Shown: piece after piece, positions 15,651 to 26,286 of the stretch
Layout: each line of letters starts with the position of its first letter
Numbering within the stretch: the stretch's first letter is position 1
DNA from: an uncultured delta proteobacterium
GTDB lineage: Bacteria; Myxococcota_A; UBA9160; JAFDET01
Length of the DNA: 51,537 nucleotides
Direction: 5' to 3'
Assembly: GCA_947260035.1 (NCBI GenBank)
Contig: CAMYOO010000008.1
Coordinates: 1-51,537 of the forward strand
Notes under the pieces: generated by a model
What the model saw: the letters and a program-made list of their open reading frames with translations, nothing else
Database searches by the model: none
Told to the model about the DNA's origin: nothing
Program-made: the position numbers and the translations under genes

Positions 15651-17648
15651 TCAGTCCAGCGACACGATCTCGCCGTCCTGCACCGACAACAAGAAAGGCC
15701 GTTTCACGGCATTCCCGTCGGGTCCGATGCTGGTGATCCCGGAGACGCCCGGGTACCCGCGTACGCTGAGCAGGCCTTCGCGCATCTCGGTCCGCGTCGT
15801 CAGACCCCGCGCCAGCTGCACCAACACCAGGTTGGTGGCGTCGAAGGTCTGCGCGGCCAACACGTCGGGCGCCTCGCCGAAGGCGGCGATGTAACGCTCG
15901 CGGAACTCGCGCACGAAGGGGAAACGACTCTCGCCAAAGAAGCTCTCGGCGAAGATCGCTCCTTCCAGGTGGTAGCCACCCACGGAGAGCAGGTCCGGGT
16001 GGTTCCAGCCGCTGGGCCCGAGAATCCGTACCTCTCGCACGTCGTGGAAGGCAAGCTGGGGCGCGATCAACGCGACCTTCTCGTGGGCGTCGGCGATGAA
16101 GAGCGCGTCGAAGTCGACGATGGGCGGCAACGGCTCCTCGTCCGGCCCGGTGAGCGCCGCGGCCTCCTCGCGCAGCAGCGCCGCTTCCTCGCGTCCGACC
16201 CGCTTGGCCCGATTCTCGAGCTTCTTGCGCTCGCGCAGCGCTTCCTTCTGCTCGTCGTCGAGGAGCATGTAGCCGGCCAGGCGGCGAATCGGCTCCCGGA
16301 AGTCCGTGGCTTCGGGGGCGTAGCGAGCCACGCCCACCACCTGACCGCCTCGGGCTTCGACCGCGTCCCAGAAGAGATCCTTCAGTCCGCGCCCATAGGC
16401 ATCGCGCGGGTGCAGGATCGCGAACCGCGCGGCACCCAGGTGCCCCACGGCGTGACCCGCGACCACTTCCACCTCGGCCCGGGGCGTCAACGCCAGGCGG
16501 AAGGCGTAGCTTCGCTCCGCCGCGACGCGCTCGCGCGGCGTCAGCGCCAGAAGCGGCACGCCTACGGCCTCGGCCGCATCGGCCGCTGCCTCGGACGGAT
16601 CCGAGAGCAGCGGGCCCACCACCGCCACCACCTCGGGGTCGGCGGCGAGTTCGGCCACCGCCCGCGCCGCGGTCTCCGGGTTGCCTCCGGAGTCGCGCAC
16701 CTGCAGGCGCAGCCCGCCCTGGCCGGCGCCGAAGATGTCGGCAGCCAGCATGGCGCCGCGCAGACAGGCATCGCCGTAGCGCGCGAACGGACCCGACAGC
16801 GGGAGCACCAGGCCCAAAGTTCCGCGCGCGCCGGCGATCTCCGGCGCCTGCAACCGCGCGACCTCGGAGAACTCGGGAAGCGGCCCCAGCGACGGGCCGG
16901 ACTCGCGTTGCGCGCGCACCCGCGCCTCCAGTGCCTCACCCGCGGGATCGGCCTTGCGGGACCGAGTCAGGTCCCGGGCGCGAGCCAGCGCTTCTTCTGC
17001 CCCGGCCACGTCCCCGCCGGCCAGCCGGCGCTCGGCCAGACGCAACCAGACGCGGTCCGCGGGCGGCGTCTTGCCCAGGCGGTCGGTCAGGTCCACGAGC
17101 CCCGGGGTGGTGATACCCGCGAGGACGGCATCGATCTCGCGCAGGGCCGCCTCGCGCTGGACGCCGGAGCGCGCGCCCGCCGCCAGCTGGCCGAGCCAGC
17201 GCAGCTGCCCCGCCCGGTCGTCCCGAGCCCCGGCGGACTCAGCCAGGAGCCGGTATGCCGCGGCTCGCTCCTCCTGCGGCAGCCGGCTGGGCCGGATCGC
17301 AGACGCAACGCGGTAGGCGTCATCCATGCGCCCGGCGTCCCGCTCCAGCCGAGCCAGCGCCAGCCGGATCGAGTCGACCCGCGGCCCGCGCGGCTGATCC
17401 CGCAGGGCCGTCTGGAGCGCCCGGGCCGCGCCCTTCGCGTTGCCGCGCTCGACGCGCAGCCGCGCCAGCTCCAGCGCGGCATCGCCCAGACGCTCGGCGT
17501 CCGGATGGGCGCGCAGGTAGGCAACCAGCGCGGCCTCACCGGCCGCCGGGTCGTTGGCGGCCAGCGCGACGGCGTTGTCATAGGCCGCGTCCTTCGGCGC
17601 CGGGGCGCGTCCCGAGGGCGCTGCGCAGGCCAGGACGAGCGCAAGCAA
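15651..17648 (-). CDS. TPR + type-1 periplasmic-binding-protein (LivK/LpoA-like) lipoprotein; start uncertain
   Basis: Lipobox LALVLAC, TPR-like N-terminal half, then GTLGLVLPLSGPFARYGDACLRGAMLAA... (PBP1 fold). TTG 17648 is the only start codon not overlapping dnaJ, but it leaves a very short signal peptide. Confidence 0.7.
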   Translation of the reverse strand: MLALVLACAAPSGRAPAPKDAAYDNAVALAANDPAAGEAALVAYLRAHPDAERLGDAALELARLRVERGNAKGAARALQTALRDQPRGPRVDSIRLALARLERDAGRMDDAYRVASAIRPSRLPQEERAAAYRLLAESAGARDDRAGQLRWLGQLAAGARSGVQREAALREIDAVLAGITTPGLVDLTDRLGKTPPADRVWLRLAERRLAGGDVAGAEEALARARDLTRSRKADPAGEALEARVRAQRESGPSLGPLPEFSEVARLQAPEIAGARGTLGLVLPLSGPFARYGDACLRGAMLAADIFGAGQGGLRLQVRDSGGNPETAARAVAELAADPEVVAVVGPLLSDPSEAAADAAEAVGVPLLALTPRERVAAERSYAFRLALTPRAEVEVVAGHAVGHLGAARFAILHPRDAYGRGLKDLFWDAVEARGGQVVGVARYAPEATDFREPIRRLAGYMLLDDEQKEALRERKKLENRAKRVGREEAALLREEAAALTGPDEEPLPPIVDFDALFIADAHEKVALIAPQLAFHDVREVRILGPSGWNHPDLLSVGGYHLEGAIFAESFFGESRFPFVREFRERYIAAFGEAPDVLAAQTFDATNLVLVQLARGLTTRTEMREGLLSVRGYPGVSGITSIGPDGNAVKRPFLLSVQDGEIVSLD

Positions 17649-17670
17649 CGCGACGGCGGCGAGGCCGCCC

Positions 17671-18798
17671 CTACCCGAAGAGATCGCGGAGCTTCTCCAT
17701 GAAGCCCCTCGACACCGGCGACACCTCGGCACCGCATTCCTCCGCGAACTCTTCGAGCAACTGGCGCGCCCGAGGCGAGAGCTTGGTGGGAACCTCGACG
17801 AAGATCTGCACGAACTGGTCCCCGCGGCCACTCTGGTGGACGCTGGGAAGCCCCTTGCCGCGCAGCCGCAGCACCTTGCCGCTCTGGGTTCCCTCGGGCA
17901 CGCGCAGCTGGACCTTGCCCTCGAGGGTGGGCACCTCCACCTCGCCGCCGAACACGGCGCTGCTGAAGGGGATGGGAACCTCGCAGTGGATCTCCTGGCC
18001 GTCGCGCTCGAAGAGCGTGTGACGCGCGATGGAGATCACCACGTACAGGTCGCCGGGCGGGCCGCCCGCGATGCCCGCCTCGCCTTCGCCGGCGACACGC
18101 AACCGCATGCCTTCTTCGACGCCCGGCGGAACCCGGACGCTGATCTTCTGCTCACCTTCCACACGGCCGGCGCCGCGGCAGTCGGAGCAGCGGTTGCGCA
18201 CGATCTCGCCCTGCCCGCCGCAGGCCTCGCACGGCCGGCTGATGCGGAAGAAGCCCTGCTGCAGGATGACCTGCCCGCTGCCGGCGCAGGTTCCGCAACG
18301 CTCGGGTTGGGTTCCCGGCTCGGCGCCGTTTCCGTCGCAGGTTGCGCAGGGCCGCGTCTTCGGCAGCTTGAGCTGCGCCTCCATGCCCTCGAGAACGTCC
18401 TCGAGTCGGATCTCCAGGTTGTAACGGAGGTCGGCGCCGCGCTGGCCGCGCCCGCGGCGGCGCCCGCCGCGCGGCCCGCGTCCGCCGAAGAGATCGCCGA
18501 ACAGGTCGTTGAAGACGTCGGAGAACCCGCCGATATCGCCGAAGTCGAAGCCGCCCGGGCCGGCGCCGTCGCCCCCCAGCCCGGCGAAGCCGAAGCGATC
18601 GTAGGCCTGGCGCTTCTCCGGATCGGAGAGCACCGCATAGGCCTCGGACGCCTCCTTGAAGCGCTCCTCGGCATTGGGATCGTCGGGGTTGCGGTCCGGG
18701 TGGTACTGAAGGGCCAGCTTCCGGTAGGCCTTCTTCAGCTGCTCCTCGGGCGCTCCCCGCTCCACGCCGAGGACTTCGTAGTAGTCCCGTTTCGACAC
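17671..18798 (-). CDS. dnaJ: Co-chaperone DnaJ
   Basis: J domain (DYYEVLGV...YHPDRN), G/F-rich region, and four CxxCxGxG zinc motifs. Confidence 0.97.
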   Translation of the reverse strand: MSKRDYYEVLGVERGAPEEQLKKAYRKLALQYHPDRNPDDPNAEERFKEASEAYAVLSDPEKRQAYDRFGFAGLGGDGAGPGGFDFGDIGGFSDVFNDLFGDLFGGRGPRGGRRRGRGQRGADLRYNLEIRLEDVLEGMEAQLKLPKTRPCATCDGNGAEPGTQPERCGTCAGSGQVILQQGFFRISRPCEACGGQGEIVRNRCSDCRGAGRVEGEQKISVRVPPGVEEGMRLRVAGEGEAGIAGGPPGDLYVVISIARHTLFERDGQEIHCEVPIPFSSAVFGGEVEVPTLEGKVQLRVPEGTQSGKVLRLRGKGLPSVHQSGRGDQFVQIFVEVPTKLSPRARQLLEEFAEECGAEVSPVSRGFMEKLRDLFG

Positions 18799-18858
18799 GG
18801 ACGGGAGGGTAGCGGGCGCAGCAGCGAGCGGGGAGCCCGCGGCCAGGGGCGCTGCGGG

Positions 18859-20682
18859 CTACTCGCCGCCGTCGGCCCCGAGGGTCTCGTACATCTTTTC
18901 GGTCATCTTGTACGAGAGGTCCGACAGGTCCTCGATGGCGCCGCGCAGGGCCTCGACGTCGTCGCCCTGGAGGGCGCCCTCGGCCGCCACCAGCGCGCTC
19001 TCGAGGTCGTCGCGCTCTTCTTCGGAGAGGTGGTCGCCGAACTCCGCCAGCGTGCGGCGGGTGGAGTAGACCAGCCCGCTGCCGTTGTTGCACAGCTCCA
19101 CCAGCTCGGCGCGATCCTGGTCTTCGGCCGCGTGGGCCTCGGCGTCCTTGAGGAGATCGTCGACCTGAGCCTCGCTGAGTCCGCTGGAGGCCGACACACC
19201 GATCTCCTGCTTCTTGCCGGTGCCCAGGTCCTTGGCCGAGACGTTCACCACGCCGTCGGTGTCGATGTCGAAGGTCACTTCGATCTGGGGCACGCCCCGC
19301 GGCGCCGGCGGGATGTCCACCAGCTCGAACCGGCCGAGCGTCATGTTGTCCTCGGCCATGGTGCGCTCGCCCTGGAGCACGTGGATGCGCACCACGCTCT
19401 GGTTGTCCTCGGAGGTCGAGAACACCTGGCCCTTCTTGGTGGGGATCGTGGTGTTCTTCTCGATGATCTTTGTGAAGACGCCGCCCAGGGTCTCCACACC
19501 CAGCGACAGGGGCGTCACGTCGAGCAGCAGCACGTCCTGGACGTCGCCCTTGAGAACGCCGCCCTGGATCGCCGCGCCGATGGCAACCACCTCGTCGGGA
19601 TTCACGCCCCTGCGCGGCGCCTGCCCGAAGATCTCGGCCACCTTCTCCTGGATTCGCGGCATGCGCGTCATGCCGCCGACCAGGACCACCTCGTCCACCT
19701 GATCCCGGGACAGCCCGGCGTCGGTGATTGCGGTTTCGCAGGGCTCCACGAGCTGACCGATCAGGTCCGCCACCAGGGACTCGAAGGTCTCCCGGGTCAG
19801 GCTCAAGTGCAGGTGCTTGGGGCCTTCGGCGTCGGCCGCCAGGAACGGAAGATTGATGTCGGTGGTGGTGGCGGACGAGAGTTCGTGCTTGGCGCGCTCG
19901 GCCGCCTCCTTGAGGCGCTGCAGCGCCATGTTGTCGCCGGCCACGTCGATTCCGGTGTCGTCCAGGAACGCCTTCATCAGGTGCTCGACCAGACGCTGAT
20001 CGAAGTCCTCGCCGCCCAGGTAGGTATTGCCGTTGGTGCTCTTGACCTCGAAGACGCCGTCGCCCATCTCGAGGATCGAGATATCGAACGTGCCTCCGCC
20101 CAGGTCGAAGACGGCCACCTTCTTCTGCGACGAGTCCTCCAGCCCGTAGGCCAGGGCGGCGGCGGTGGGCTCGTTGATGATGCGAAGCACGTTGAGGCCG
20201 GCGATCTTGCCCGCCTCCTTGGTCGCCTGGCGCTGCGCGTCGTTGAAGTAGGCCGGAACGGTGATCACCGCCTCGGTGACGGGCTCGCCCAGGAAGTCCG
20301 AGGCCGTCTCCCGCATCTTCTGCAGGATCACCGACGAGATCTCCTGGGGAGACGCCAGGCGATCGCGCACCCGCACCCAGGCGTCGCCGTTTTCGGACGC
20401 TTCCACGGGGAAGGGCGCGATCCCGATGAAGCGTGAGACCTCTTCGCTCTCGAGCTTGCGCCCGATCAGGCGCTTGACGGCGAAGAGCGTGTGCTCGGGG
20501 TTCGTGACGGCCTGACGCTTGGCGATCTGCCCGACGAGCTTCTCGCCCGACTCGGTGAAAGCCACCATGGAGGGCGTGGTGCGCGCACCCTCGGCGTTGG
20601 CGATAACCTCGGGGTTTCCCCCCTCGATCACGGCCACGCACGAGTTGGTGGTTCCGAGATCGATCCCGATGACCTTGCCCAT
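18859..20682 (-). CDS. dnaK: Hsp70 chaperone DnaK
   Basis: [17 protein letters not shown]..., [18 protein letters not shown]. Confidence 0.98.
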   Translation of the reverse strand: MGKVIGIDLGTTNSCVAVIEGGNPEVIANAEGARTTPSMVAFTESGEKLVGQIAKRQAVTNPEHTLFAVKRLIGRKLESEEVSRFIGIAPFPVEASENGDAWVRVRDRLASPQEISSVILQKMRETASDFLGEPVTEAVITVPAYFNDAQRQATKEAGKIAGLNVLRIINEPTAAALAYGLEDSSQKKVAVFDLGGGTFDISILEMGDGVFEVKSTNGNTYLGGEDFDQRLVEHLMKAFLDDTGIDVAGDNMALQRLKEAAERAKHELSSATTTDINLPFLAADAEGPKHLHLSLTRETFESLVADLIGQLVEPCETAITDAGLSRDQVDEVVLVGGMTRMPRIQEKVAEIFGQAPRRGVNPDEVVAIGAAIQGGVLKGDVQDVLLLDVTPLSLGVETLGGVFTKIIEKNTTIPTKKGQVFSTSEDNQSVVRIHVLQGERTMAEDNMTLGRFELVDIPPAPRGVPQIEVTFDIDTDGVVNVSAKDLGTGKKQEIGVSASSGLSEAQVDDLLKDAEAHAAEDQDRAELVELCNNGSGLVYSTRRTLAEFGDHLSEEERDDLESALVAAEGALQGDDVEALRGAIEDLSDLSYKMTEKMYETLGADGGE

Positions 20683-20724
20683 ACCGTCGCCGGCCCCCCA
20701 TCCGGGCCGCCGTGCGACCCGGGA

Positions 20725-21375
20725 CTAGCCGTCCTCGCTCTTCTCCTCCCCGGAGCCCTCGCCGGGACCTCCGGAGACCACCACCCGGGCCGGCCTCAGC
20801 AGCCGGTCCCGAAGCCGGTAACCCTTCTGAAACACCTGCAACACGGTGTTCACGGGCGCCGACTCATGAGACTGTTGCGTCATCGCCTCGTGGAACTCCG
20901 GATCGAAGTCCTTGCCTTCCGCCTCGATGGGTGCCAGTCCGTACTGTTCGAGAGCCCCGAGAAGCTCTCGCAGTACGAGTTCGACACCCTGCAGAAGTCC
21001 TTCCAAGTCCCCGGTCTGGCTACCCCGAGCATGCTCGATGGCGCGCTCCAGGTTATCGACCGTCGGCAGCAGGTCCTTGACGATATTCTGGTGGCCGTAG
21101 CGGAACGCCTCCTCCTTTTCCCGGAGGGTCCGCTTGCGGAAGTTCTCGAAGTCGGCCTGGAGGCGCAGGAGCCGATCGTTCAGCTCGGCGGTTTCGCCCT
21201 CGCCTGCCGGCCCGCGACGCTCGTCCTCGCGGGCCTCGACCGCCTCCATGGCCTCGCGCATGGCCTCTTCCAGCTCGGCGTTGGGCGCCAGGGAGCCTCC
21301 TTCGGCCTCCTCGGACAGGGACTCCCAGCCTTCCGTGCCTTCTGCGCCTTCCAGATCCGTTTTTTTCTCGCTCAC
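20725..21375 (-). CDS. grpE: Nucleotide exchange factor GrpE
   Basis: LRLQADFENFRKR...P.DPEFHEAM....VLQKGY.L.DRLLRPA.V. Confidence 0.93.
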   Translation of the reverse strand: MSEKKTDLEGAEGTEGWESLSEEAEGGSLAPNAELEEAMREAMEAVEAREDERRGPAGEGETAELNDRLLRLQADFENFRKRTLREKEEAFRYGHQNIVKDLLPTVDNLERAIEHARGSQTGDLEGLLQGVELVLRELLGALEQYGLAPIEAEGKDFDPEFHEAMTQQSHESAPVNTVLQVFQKGYRLRDRLLRPARVVVSGGPGEGSGEEKSEDG

Positions 21376-22412
21376 GCCACCATTTTCTCCGCAACCAGCT
21401 CCGAGAGGAGCTCGACCAGGGGAACCACCCGCGGGTAATCCATTCGGCTGGGGCCCAGAACCCCCACCAGCCCAAGAGACTCCGCACCCGCCGCGCAGGG
21501 CGCCGTCACCACCGCGAAATCGCGAAGCTCCGGAAGTCCCACCTCACCGCCGAAGGTCACAGCCACACCGGGCTGCTCCAGCACGCGGTCCAGGAAGGTC
21601 AGTAGCGCCTCTCGCGCCTCCACCGCCACCAGCAGCCCGCGCAGGCGCTCGGGGTCGTGGAACTCCGGCTGCTCCAACACCGGCGTGCGCGACGAGAGCA
21701 GCACGTCACCGCGCGCGCGCGCCTCGCCGCTCAGCGCGCGCACCGCCGCCAGCAGGGTTCGGTGCTGCAGCGCGGACGCGCGGCCGCGCAGCCGCTCGCG
21801 CTCGAACTCGAGCAGCTCGCGCAGCTCGAGCAGCGAGTGCCCGCCCAGGCGTTGATTGAACTCGGCCTCGATGCGCTCCAGCTCGGCTTGTGCCCCGGAC
21901 CGATCGTCATTCAGGATGCGCTGGTAGGTGGCGCCCGAGAGCGACACCAGCACGACGAGCACACGTTCGCGGGACAGGCGGATCAGGCTCACGTGACGCA
22001 ACGCAACCCGGTCCAGACGGGGCAGTACCGCAAAGCCGAGCTGACGGGTGCGCTCCGCCAGCAGCGTCGAGGCCGCCTCGAGGGGATCGTCGAAAGCGAG
22101 CTCACCCAGCTGCATGGAGATCGTGCGACGCTCCCAACCGACGACGTCGTGCGCGCGCATCAACTCGTCCACGAACACGCGCAGGCCCTGCTCGGTGGGA
22201 AGCCGACCCGCCGACGCATGAGGCTGTTCGATCAGACCCAGCTCCGCCAGCTCCGCCATGGTGTTGCGAATCGACGCGGAGGAGAGCTTCACCGACAGCG
22301 TGTGAGACAGCGTCGTCGATCCGACCGGGGCCGCCGCGCCTACGTAGGCGCGCACCAGAGCCCGCAGCACGGTCTGCTGTCGCTCGGACAGGTGAGGACG
22401 AGATTCCTGCAC
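21372..22412 (-). CDS. hrcA: Heat-inducible transcription repressor HrcA
   Basis: LSERQQTVLRALVRAYV....PVGS..L......LSSASIRN.MAELAELGL. 4-nt overlap with the grpE start. GTG start. Confidence 0.93.
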   Translation of the reverse strand: MQESRPHLSERQQTVLRALVRAYVGAAAPVGSTTLSHTLSVKLSSASIRNTMAELAELGLIEQPHASAGRLPTEQGLRVFVDELMRAHDVVGWERRTISMQLGELAFDDPLEAASTLLAERTRQLGFAVLPRLDRVALRHVSLIRLSRERVLVVLVSLSGATYQRILNDDRSGAQAELERIEAEFNQRLGGHSLLELRELLEFERERLRGRASALQHRTLLAAVRALSGEARARGDVLLSSRTPVLEQPEFHDPERLRGLLVAVEAREALLTFLDRVLEQPGVAVTFGGEVGLPELRDFAVVTAPCAAGAESLGLVGVLGPSRMDYPRVVPLVELLSELVAEKMVA

Positions 22413-22465
22413 AGAAAACCCCGCGAAATCGACAGGTTATGGAGTACCACCGGTTCGGCTGCGCG

Positions 22466-23662
22466 TCAATCGGAAGGCCCTGGGGAAGTCTCCACGAAGG
22501 CTTCGAATACGCTGTCGGAGACGAGCCGGCCCCGCGCCGTGAGCCGGAGATCGCCGCCGGGGCCCTCCTCCAGCAGGCCGGCGCCGGCGGCGCGTGTGAT
22601 GGCGTCGGCGAAGAAGCGTCTCGGGGGGGCTCCGAATTCCTCGGCGAAACGGGCGGCATCCAGGCCGCGGCGGGTGCGCAGCGCCAGGAAGGCGGCCTCA
22701 CCCCGCGCCGTCCCGGGCTCGAGGACCTCGGTTTCGCCTTCGCGGGCCTCCCCGCCGGCAGCCGCGCGTTCCAGGTAGGCGGCCAGGCTGCGCAGGTTGC
22801 GGCGCCGGGCGCCGTGGGGCGCTCCCGGGCTGCGCGGCTCGATCGACCACGCCCCCATTCCCAGGCCGAGCACCGGCGAGCGCTCCCAGTAGCGGCGGTT
22901 GTGCTGCGACTCGAAGCCCGGGCGCGCGTAGCTGGAGATCTCGTAGGGCTCGAGGCCCGCGCCGGCCAGGCGCCGCGGCAGCGTCTCCAGCATGCGGACG
23001 CAGGCCTCTTCGGAGGGGAGCCGCAGCACGCCGCGCTCGACGCCGCGGGCGTAGGGCGTCCCCGGCTCCACCGTCAGCGCGTAGGCGGACACGTGCTCCG
23101 GCCCGAAGCGCAGCGCTTCCTCCAGGTCGGCCTCCACCTGGGCTTGCGATTGATCCGGCGCCGCCACGATCAGGTCGAGAGAGATGTTGTCGAACCCGGC
23201 TTCGCGCGCGGCGGCCAGCGTGGCGCGGCCGGCGTCGGCCCGGTGCGCGCGGCCCAGGCGCTTGAGCACCGCATCGTCGAAGGACTGGATACCGATGGAG
23301 AGCCGGTTGATGCCGGCGGCGCGAAAGCCCGGCAGGCGTTCGCGCTCCACGGTGGAGGGATTGACTTCGAGGGTCACCTCTGCGGGCCGGCCGTCGAACG
23401 CGGCGCGCACGGCGGCAACGAGCTTCGAGACGGACTCCACCTGCAACAGCGCCGGAGTTCCTCCGCCCAGGTACACGCTCTCCAGGTGCAGCCCGGCGAA
23501 GTCCGCCCGACGTCGTTCCAGCTCGGACAGCAGCGCGTCCACGTACGGGTCCTCGCGCTCGGGCTCGAGGGGCCGCGCCGCCACCACGGGAAAGTCGCAG
23601 TACGGACAGACCCGCTCGCAGAACGGAACGTGGACATAGACGCCGACGGAGGTGTCGCGCAC
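22466..23662 (-). CDS. hemW: Radical-SAM heme chaperone HemW (HemN-like, oxygen-independent coproporphyrinogen oxidase family)
   Basis: VYVHVPFCERVCPYCDF (CxxxCxxC), GGGTP, and the HemN C-terminal domain. Start chosen at GTG 23662 just upstream of the rSAM motif; the ORF-track start 23956 adds 98 junk residues. Confidence 0.85.
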   Translation of the reverse strand: MRDTSVGVYVHVPFCERVCPYCDFPVVAARPLEPEREDPYVDALLSELERRRADFAGLHLESVYLGGGTPALLQVESVSKLVAAVRAAFDGRPAEVTLEVNPSTVERERLPGFRAAGINRLSIGIQSFDDAVLKRLGRAHRADAGRATLAAAREAGFDNISLDLIVAAPDQSQAQVEADLEEALRFGPEHVSAYALTVEPGTPYARGVERGVLRLPSEEACVRMLETLPRRLAGAGLEPYEISSYARPGFESQHNRRYWERSPVLGLGMGAWSIEPRSPGAPHGARRRNLRSLAAYLERAAAGGEAREGETEVLEPGTARGEAAFLALRTRRGLDAARFAEEFGAPPRRFFADAITRAAGAGLLEEGPGGDLRLTARGRLVSDSVFEAFVETSPGPSD

Positions 23663-23717
23663 CCACGAAGAATAGCCCCCGGCGGGGTCCGGCCGTGTCG
23701 GGTACCTTCGTCCGGCT

Positions 23718-26285
23718 TTGACGGCATCCTCCGCCCATTGCGAGCGGCTCCCCAACGGTCTCGTCCTCCTCACCCACCCGTCGCGGACGGCGCCGGTGGC
23801 GGCGGTCCAGGTCTTTGCACGGGTGGGCTCCGCCGACGAACGCCCCGGCGAAGAGGGCCTGGCCCACTTCCACGAGCACATGCTCTTCAAGGGCACGGAG
23901 CGCCGCGGCGTGGGCGACGTGGCGGGCGAGGTGGAGAACGCGGGCGGCCGGATCAACGCCTACACAAGCTTTGACGTCACCTCCTACCACGCCACGGTTC
24001 CCAGCGAGGCGCTCGACCTGGCGGTGGACGTGTTGGCCGACGCGGTGTGCCGTTCGCGCTTCGACCCGGACGAGATCGCCCGCGAGCGCGAGGTGGTGCT
24101 GGAGGAAATCCGCCGCTCGGAGGACTCTCCCGGCCGCGTGTTGTCCAACGCGGTCTTCGCGGCCGCCTACCGGACGCACCCCTACCGTGCTCCCATCCTG
24201 GGAACGCCGGAGAGCGTCGCCGCGTTCGACCGCCAACGGGTCACCGCGTTCTTCCGGCGCTGGTACGGCACGGAGAATCTGCTGGTGGTGGCTGCGGGCG
24301 ACTTCGACCCGCTGCAGCTGCGGGACGCGGTGACCAAGGCCTTCGAGGGCGCGTCACGCGAGACCGCTCGACGCGCGCGCCCCAGCGAGCCCGAGCCCGA
24401 CGGCGCGCGCACGGTGGTCGTACGGCGCCCCTTCGAACGCACCTCCGTAGAGCTGGCCTGGCACACCGTTCCCTTCGCGCATCCCGACACGCCGTACCTG
24501 GATCTACTGGCCTTGATCCTGGGCCAGGGTGATTCGAGCCGCCTGGTGCGCCGGGTGAAAGAGCGCGACGGCCTGGCCGACGGGATCGATGCCTACTCCT
24601 ACACGCCGCTCGATGCGGGCCTCTTCGGCTCCACGCTGGAACTCGACGCGGAGCGCGTGCTGCCCGCTGTGGAGGCCGTGGCGGCCGAGGTGGAGCACGT
24701 GCTGCGCGAGCCGGTCCGACAGGAGGAGTTGGACAAGGCGCGGGCGAACTTCTTGGCCATGGAGCACTTCGAGCGCGAGAGCGTGGGCGGGATCGCCCGC
24801 AAGCTGGCGAACTTCGAGCTGATGGCGGGGGACTTCAGCGCGGAGGCTCGCTACCTGGAGGCGATCCGGGGCGCCCGCCCGGAGGACCTGCTGGAAGCAG
24901 GCCGGCGCTGGATCTCCCCTCAGCGCATCACCCTGGGCTGTGTCCTTCCCGAGGGCGCTCCGGCGGAGCTGGATGGGCCGGCGCTGGTCGAAGCCGTGTC
25001 CCGCGGGATCGAGCGCACCGCCCGGGCCTTCGCCCCGCCGAAACCCGCCCGCGCGTCGGATGACCTGCAGACCTACTCGCTTCCGGGTGGCGGAACGCTG
25101 CACGTGGTGCGGCGCGAAGACCCTCCTGTGGTGGCGGCGCGCGCGGCCTTCCTGGGCGGGCAGCTCGCCGAGACCGCGGAGACGGCGGGCATCACCAGCT
25201 TCCTCACCTCGCTCTGGCTGCGCGGCACCCGTGCCCACTCGGCGGGCGACTTCGCGCGCTGCGTCGAGTCGCTGGCTTCCGACGTCGACGGCTTCTCGGG
25301 GCGCAACAGCCTGGGCGCCACCTTCGAGTGCACGACCGGCTCCATCGAGCCGGTGCTCGATCTCTTCACCGAGATCATGCTGGAGCCCGCATTCGACCCC
25401 GACGAGCTCGAGCGCGAACGCCGCGACACCCTGGCCGCCATTGCGCGCAGGGAGGATCGCCTGGGAGAGCGGGCCTTCCTGCTCTTCGCCGAGAACCACT
25501 TCCACTCGCACCCGTACCGACTTCCGCTGGGCGGGACCGAGGACTCGGTGCGCAGCTTCACACGCGAGGCCCTGGCCGCGCACCAGGCGCGCCTGGTGCG
25601 CTCCGACAACCTGGTCATGGGAATCGCCGGCGACGTGGATCCCGACCAGGTAGCCGGCTGGATCTCGGCGCGCCTGGCGGATCTGCCGGCCGGCGACTTC
25701 GTGCGCCCGGCTCCTCCGATCGAGGAGCCTCAGCGCGAGATCCGCGTGGCCGAGCTGTCCAAGAACCGCGAGCAGGCCCACCTGGTGCTGGGCTTTCGCG
25801 GCCTTCAGGTGGACGACGCGGACCGCTTCGGACTCGAGGTCATCACCCAGATCCTGGCGGGCCAGAGCGGACGGCTCTTCCTCGAGCTTCGCGACCGCCA
25901 GAGCCTGGCCTACACGGTGACCGCGGTGAACGTGGAAGGCGTGCACCCCGGGACATTCGCCCTCTACATCGGAACCGCACCCGACAAGCTGGACGCCGCC
26001 CGCGCGGGAATGCTGACCGAGCTGGAGCGGCTGCTGCAGGACCCGCCCGGCGAAGCCGAGCTCGACGGCGCGCGCCGCAATCTGATCGGAAACTTCGCCA
26101 TCGACGAGCAGCGCGCCGCCGTGCGCGCGGCCCACCTCTCCCTGGACGGGCTCTACGGCCTGGGCGCAGACGCCGACCGGCACTACGCCGACGCAATCCG
26201 CGCCGTGGGCCCCGCCGATGTCCTGCGCGTGGCCCGCCGCATCATCGACCTGAACGCCTACACCCTCGCCACCATCCGCCCCTGA
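23718..26285 (+). CDS. Fused two-module M16 (pitrilysin/insulinase) zinc peptidase
   Basis: HFHEH (HxxEH zinc motif) in the first module. The second M16-like module lacks the motif. TTG start. Confidence 0.88.
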   Translation: MTASSAHCERLPNGLVLLTHPSRTAPVAAVQVFARVGSADERPGEEGLAHFHEHMLFKGTERRGVGDVAGEVENAGGRINAYTSFDVTSYHATVPSEALDLAVDVLADAVCRSRFDPDEIAREREVVLEEIRRSEDSPGRVLSNAVFAAAYRTHPYRAPILGTPESVAAFDRQRVTAFFRRWYGTENLLVVAAGDFDPLQLRDAVTKAFEGASRETARRARPSEPEPDGARTVVVRRPFERTSVELAWHTVPFAHPDTPYLDLLALILGQGDSSRLVRRVKERDGLADGIDAYSYTPLDAGLFGSTLELDAERVLPAVEAVAAEVEHVLREPVRQEELDKARANFLAMEHFERESVGGIARKLANFELMAGDFSAEARYLEAIRGARPEDLLEAGRRWISPQRITLGCVLPEGAPAELDGPALVEAVSRGIERTARAFAPPKPARASDDLQTYSLPGGGTLHVVRREDPPVVAARAAFLGGQLAETAETAGITSFLTSLWLRGTRAHSAGDFARCVESLASDVDGFSGRNSLGATFECTTGSIEPVLDLFTEIMLEPAFDPDELERERRDTLAAIARREDRLGERAFLLFAENHFHSHPYRLPLGGTEDSVRSFTREALAAHQARLVRSDNLVMGIAGDVDPDQVAGWISARLADLPAGDFVRPAPPIEEPQREIRVAELSKNREQAHLVLGFRGLQVDDADRFGLEVITQILAGQSGRLFLELRDRQSLAYTVTAVNVEGVHPGTFALYIGTAPDKLDAARAGMLTELERLLQDPPGEAELDGARRNLIGNFAIDEQRAAVRAAHLSLDGLYGLGADADRHYADAIRAVGPADVLRVARRIIDLNAYTLATIRP

Positions 26286-26286
26286 G

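Noticed and set aside
15651-17831. 726-aa version of the LpoA-like protein starting at ATG 17831
   Set aside because: The first ~60 residues are S/R/C-rich junk translated out of frame across the dnaJ 3' end. It is retained only as an unresolved start problem.
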